A stretch of DNA of 64,000 nucleotides from positions 128,001 through 192,000 of the forward strand of contig CAVUZH010000020.1 of the NCBI GenBank assembly GCA_963745835.1. Reading direction: 5' to 3'. Positions within the stretch are counted from its first letter, which is position 1. The number at the start of each line of letters is the position of its first letter. Shown piece after piece: positions 61,437 to 64,000 of the stretch. The DNA comes from an uncultured delta proteobacterium (GTDB lineage: Bacteria > Desulfobacterota > Binatia > UBA9968). The translations under genes were made by a program, and so were the position numbers. The notes beneath the pieces are model-generated. The model had not been told where the DNA came from. It saw only the letters and a program-made list of their open reading frames with translations, and ran no database searches.

Positions 61437-62171
61437 ATGAGACTCCATATACTGGGCTGCGGTGATGCATTCGGCAGTGGTGGGCGTAATCAAAGTGCAT
61501 ACTTAATCGAGGCTCCGGACCGCCTGTTCTTGCTGGACTGCGGCGCGACTTCTTTGCTCGCGCTGAAGAAGCTCGGATTTAATTCGGGCCAACTCGATGT
61601 CATCTTCGTGAGCCACCTACATGGCGATCACTTTGGCGGCTTGCCTTTTTTATTTAGCGAATTTTTGTATGAGAAGAGCCGCGAAAAACCGCTGCATGTG
61701 GCTGGACCCGTGGGAACAGAAGAAAAAGCTCGTGCCGTCTTCGACCTCATGTACGGAAAGGGCACCAAGGCCGTGGATCTTGCCAGTACCCGCTTCCATG
61801 TTTTAGAGCCTGAGAAAACTTCAACGATTCAGGGAATTGAGGTATTTCCATTCCGCGTGCCGCATCAGGTGAACGAAATATCGCTTGCGTTGAAGGTTAG
61901 TTATAACGGCAAGCACGTTTTGTTTTCGGGAGATTCGGCCTGGACAGATGCTTTTCTAAAGCATGCCCGGGGGGTCGACCTTTTCGTCTGCGAGTGTACC
62001 TACTACGACCGGGAGACTTCGAACCACATGAGCTACCTACAGTTGAGAGAACAACTGCCACGTTTGAGCTGCTCTCGAATCATACTGACTCACATGGGCT
62101 ACGACATGCTCGCTCGTAGCGCCGAAATTTCCTGCGCGATGGCAGAAGATGGAATGGTCGTGGAGATTTGA
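61437..62171 (+). CDS. MBL-fold metallo-hydrolase (RNase Z-like)
   Basis: LG.GDAFGSGGR, LDCG, SHLHGDHFGG, SGDS and LTH motifs. Confidence 0.92.
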   Translation: MRLHILGCGDAFGSGGRNQSAYLIEAPDRLFLLDCGATSLLALKKLGFNSGQLDVIFVSHLHGDHFGGLPFLFSEFLYEKSREKPLHVAGPVGTEEKARAVFDLMYGKGTKAVDLASTRFHVLEPEKTSTIQGIEVFPFRVPHQVNEISLALKVSYNGKHVLFSGDSAWTDAFLKHARGVDLFVCECTYYDRETSNHMSYLQLREQLPRLSCSRIILTHMGYDMLARSAEISCAMAEDGMVVEI

Positions 62172-62173
62172 AA

Positions 62174-63415
62174 CTACAAGGGCGGCTCTATCTGGCTTCC
62201 AACACTCTCGTTTTCGGGAATGATGGAATACGGCAGGACAATGGCCCGATGGCCGCTTTCTTTTAACACGTCCTGGAGTATATCCTGCGCCTCCGAAAGC
62301 TCGGCATAAGGACCCAAGCGGACACGATAAGAAGTCTCGCCTTTGTCGCTTAGCGTTGTTTTTTCGACAAAAGCATCAAAGCCTTTTTCCGAGAATGCCT
62401 TCACCAGAGCTTCTGCTCTGTGCTGCTCGCGAAATGAACCAACTTGCAGAATGTAACCGTCGCTCGAAGATTTGAGCGCGGCGTCTTCCTGCGGCATTAC
62501 TGCTAATGCGGATAATTTTGCCGAGTCCGGATTGGCTCGCTGTGCACTCAGGGACTTCGCAGCTGGTGTCAACGTATTAAGGACGTGGTAATTATCGAAT
62601 CCGTATTCTAGAAGGCGTTTCGTATCACCCCAAAGATCGCGCGAGCCGAGTAGCGACACTATCAGGGTTACGCCATTTCGCTCGACCGCACCGACATAGC
62701 ATTTTTGAGCGGCAAAGGTATAGCCTGTTTTGCCGCCGATTGCGCCATCGTAGTTCCACAAGAGCCGGTTGTGATTACGCACTGAGATCAGCCGCGTCCG
62801 CGTGCTTTTCTTTCCGGGCGACAGCGATCTCACCGAACTCATTTTCGTACGCATAATTTCTCGGAACGTTGGATTTTTCATCGCATATCTGAAAATTAAC
62901 GCCAAATCACGAGCCGTCGAGTAATGATCCACCGCCGTCAATCCATGCGGATTACTAAAATGTGTATTGATTGCCCCAAGATCATGTGCCTTTTTCGTCA
63001 TGATCTCGGCGAATCTTTCCACGGAACCCCCGATGCCCTCGGCCAATACGACACTGGCATCGTTAGCGGAGCCTAGCAGCACCCCATAAAGCAGATCTTC
63101 AATACTGACCGTTTGTCCCGGCTTGAGGTAAAGCTTGGAGGCAGGCACCCGGGTTGCAGCTTTGGAAACGGTTAGTCGTTCGTTGGATCCTTTCTGACTC
63201 TCAAGGGTCAGAATTGCAGTAAGTACTTTAGTCGTGCTGGCTGGTGGAAGCGGGGTGTCAGCATTTTTTTGATAAAGGATCTTGCCGGTTTTCGCATCCA
63301 TCAGAAGTAGTGCGCGGGCGGATAAGTCGTCGTCTGGAGAAACTGCCCAGAGCAAAGAATTAGGCAGAAGCGCGGAGATAAACAGGAATCCCGCTATAAT
63401 CAATCGTAAGTTCAA
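62174..63415 (-). CDS. D-alanyl-D-alanine carboxypeptidase (S11) with a C-terminal SPOR domain
   Basis: ASTTK (SxxK), SAN (SxN) and KTG motifs; SPOR motif LQVGSF...YRVRLGP. Confidence 0.93.
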   Translation of the reverse strand: MNLRLIIAGFLFISALLPNSLLWAVSPDDDLSARALLLMDAKTGKILYQKNADTPLPPASTTKVLTAILTLESQKGSNERLTVSKAATRVPASKLYLKPGQTVSIEDLLYGVLLGSANDASVVLAEGIGGSVERFAEIMTKKAHDLGAINTHFSNPHGLTAVDHYSTARDLALIFRYAMKNPTFREIMRTKMSSVRSLSPGKKSTRTRLISVRNHNRLLWNYDGAIGGKTGYTFAAQKCYVGAVERNGVTLIVSLLGSRDLWGDTKRLLEYGFDNYHVLNTLTPAAKSLSAQRANPDSAKLSALAVMPQEDAALKSSSDGYILQVGSFREQHRAEALVKAFSEKGFDAFVEKTTLSDKGETSYRVRLGPYAELSEAQDILQDVLKESGHRAIVLPYSIIPENESVGSQIEPPL

Positions 63416-63674
63416 TGTTTTCAGCTTCTTGGCCTCTCTTTCGGGGCTTCTTCACTGAATGCGCTGGTCGCTCGGAAGCATCAAAATAGAACCAGTTTAT
63501 ATCATATCTCCCGATCTCAGGATAGCTTTTTGTCCTCGAACCGTGTTCGCATCACGACTAGCTGCAATCGATTTGTCAGTCCGAGCCCAGGATCACACTT
63601 GGAGGCCAATAAGCAATCTCCTTTGCGCCGGAATCTCGTCGAAGATACTGATACTGCGTGGATCTAACTGAGAT

Positions 63675-64000
63675 CTACTTCAAAATCTTAATCTGGGAGG
63701 GATTTTCCAAGACCATTTCCAACCCATATTGCGGATGATCCTTTATCTCTCCACGTAGCTCCACGTCCCTGCCATCAAACGCTTTTGGCGGCAGCTTCTG
63801 TTGCTCGAAAAGATCCACGGCCGACGCAAAGATGACCGCCGTCAGCGCGGACCGGGAAGGTCCGAAATTGAGAAAGTAAGTGTTGCTTTTGGCCGAATGG
63901 CCGACACGAAAAATTCGGCCGCGAATCCGCGCAGGCTTTCCGGCCAAAGCACGAATCTTTTCGACCTCGAGCGCCTGCAAAACAGCGGGTTCGACCGCTT
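63675..64000 (-). CDS. OB-fold domain protein, C-terminal part (start lies beyond the window end)
   Basis: Frame open to the window edge; RGRI..V......YFLNFG....LTAVIF...GR.V..RG.I......E..L..PSQI OB-fold pattern. Confidence 0.7.
   Translation of the reverse strand, partial: AVEPAVLQALEVEKIRALAGKPARIRGRIFRVGHSAKSNTYFLNFGPSRSALTAVIFASAVDLFEQQKLPPKAFDGRDVELRGEIKDHPQYGLEMVLENPSQIKILK

Overview
Mostly core chromosome from a roughly 55% GC bacterium. The gene families and an intergenic repeat suggest the Deltaproteobacteria-like Candidatus Binatia lineage (inference, not tested). In order: a rearranged origin-type block on the minus strand (gyrB-gyrA-gpsA-rpmH-rnpA-yidD-yidC-jag-ispG-proS) with no dnaA/dnaN/recF; a ~15 kb cobamide uptake, salvage and remodelling cluster with two cobalamin riboswitches (degenerate cobS paralog, tonB, btuB, stand-alone DUF4430, cobQ, cbiZ, cbiB, cobD, cobU, cobT, cobS, btuFCD); mixed housekeeping and accessory genes; an actinobacterial-looking polA; and a MarR-linked operon at 54.7-61.3 kb. 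That operon encodes a CCG Fe-S oxidoreductase, an atypical nucleoside phosphorylase, a double-domain MtnA-like isomerase, a class II aldolase fused to an SCP2-like domain and an acyl-CoA ligase. It resembles an extended DHAP shunt for an unusual, possibly lipophilic, 5'-substituted nucleoside and is the best candidate for an undescribed system. Three genes (ychF, polA, mtnA-like) carry single frameshifts that may be assembly errors. No rRNA, tRNA, CRISPR array or transposase was seen. All family calls come from reading motifs by eye, not from database searches.
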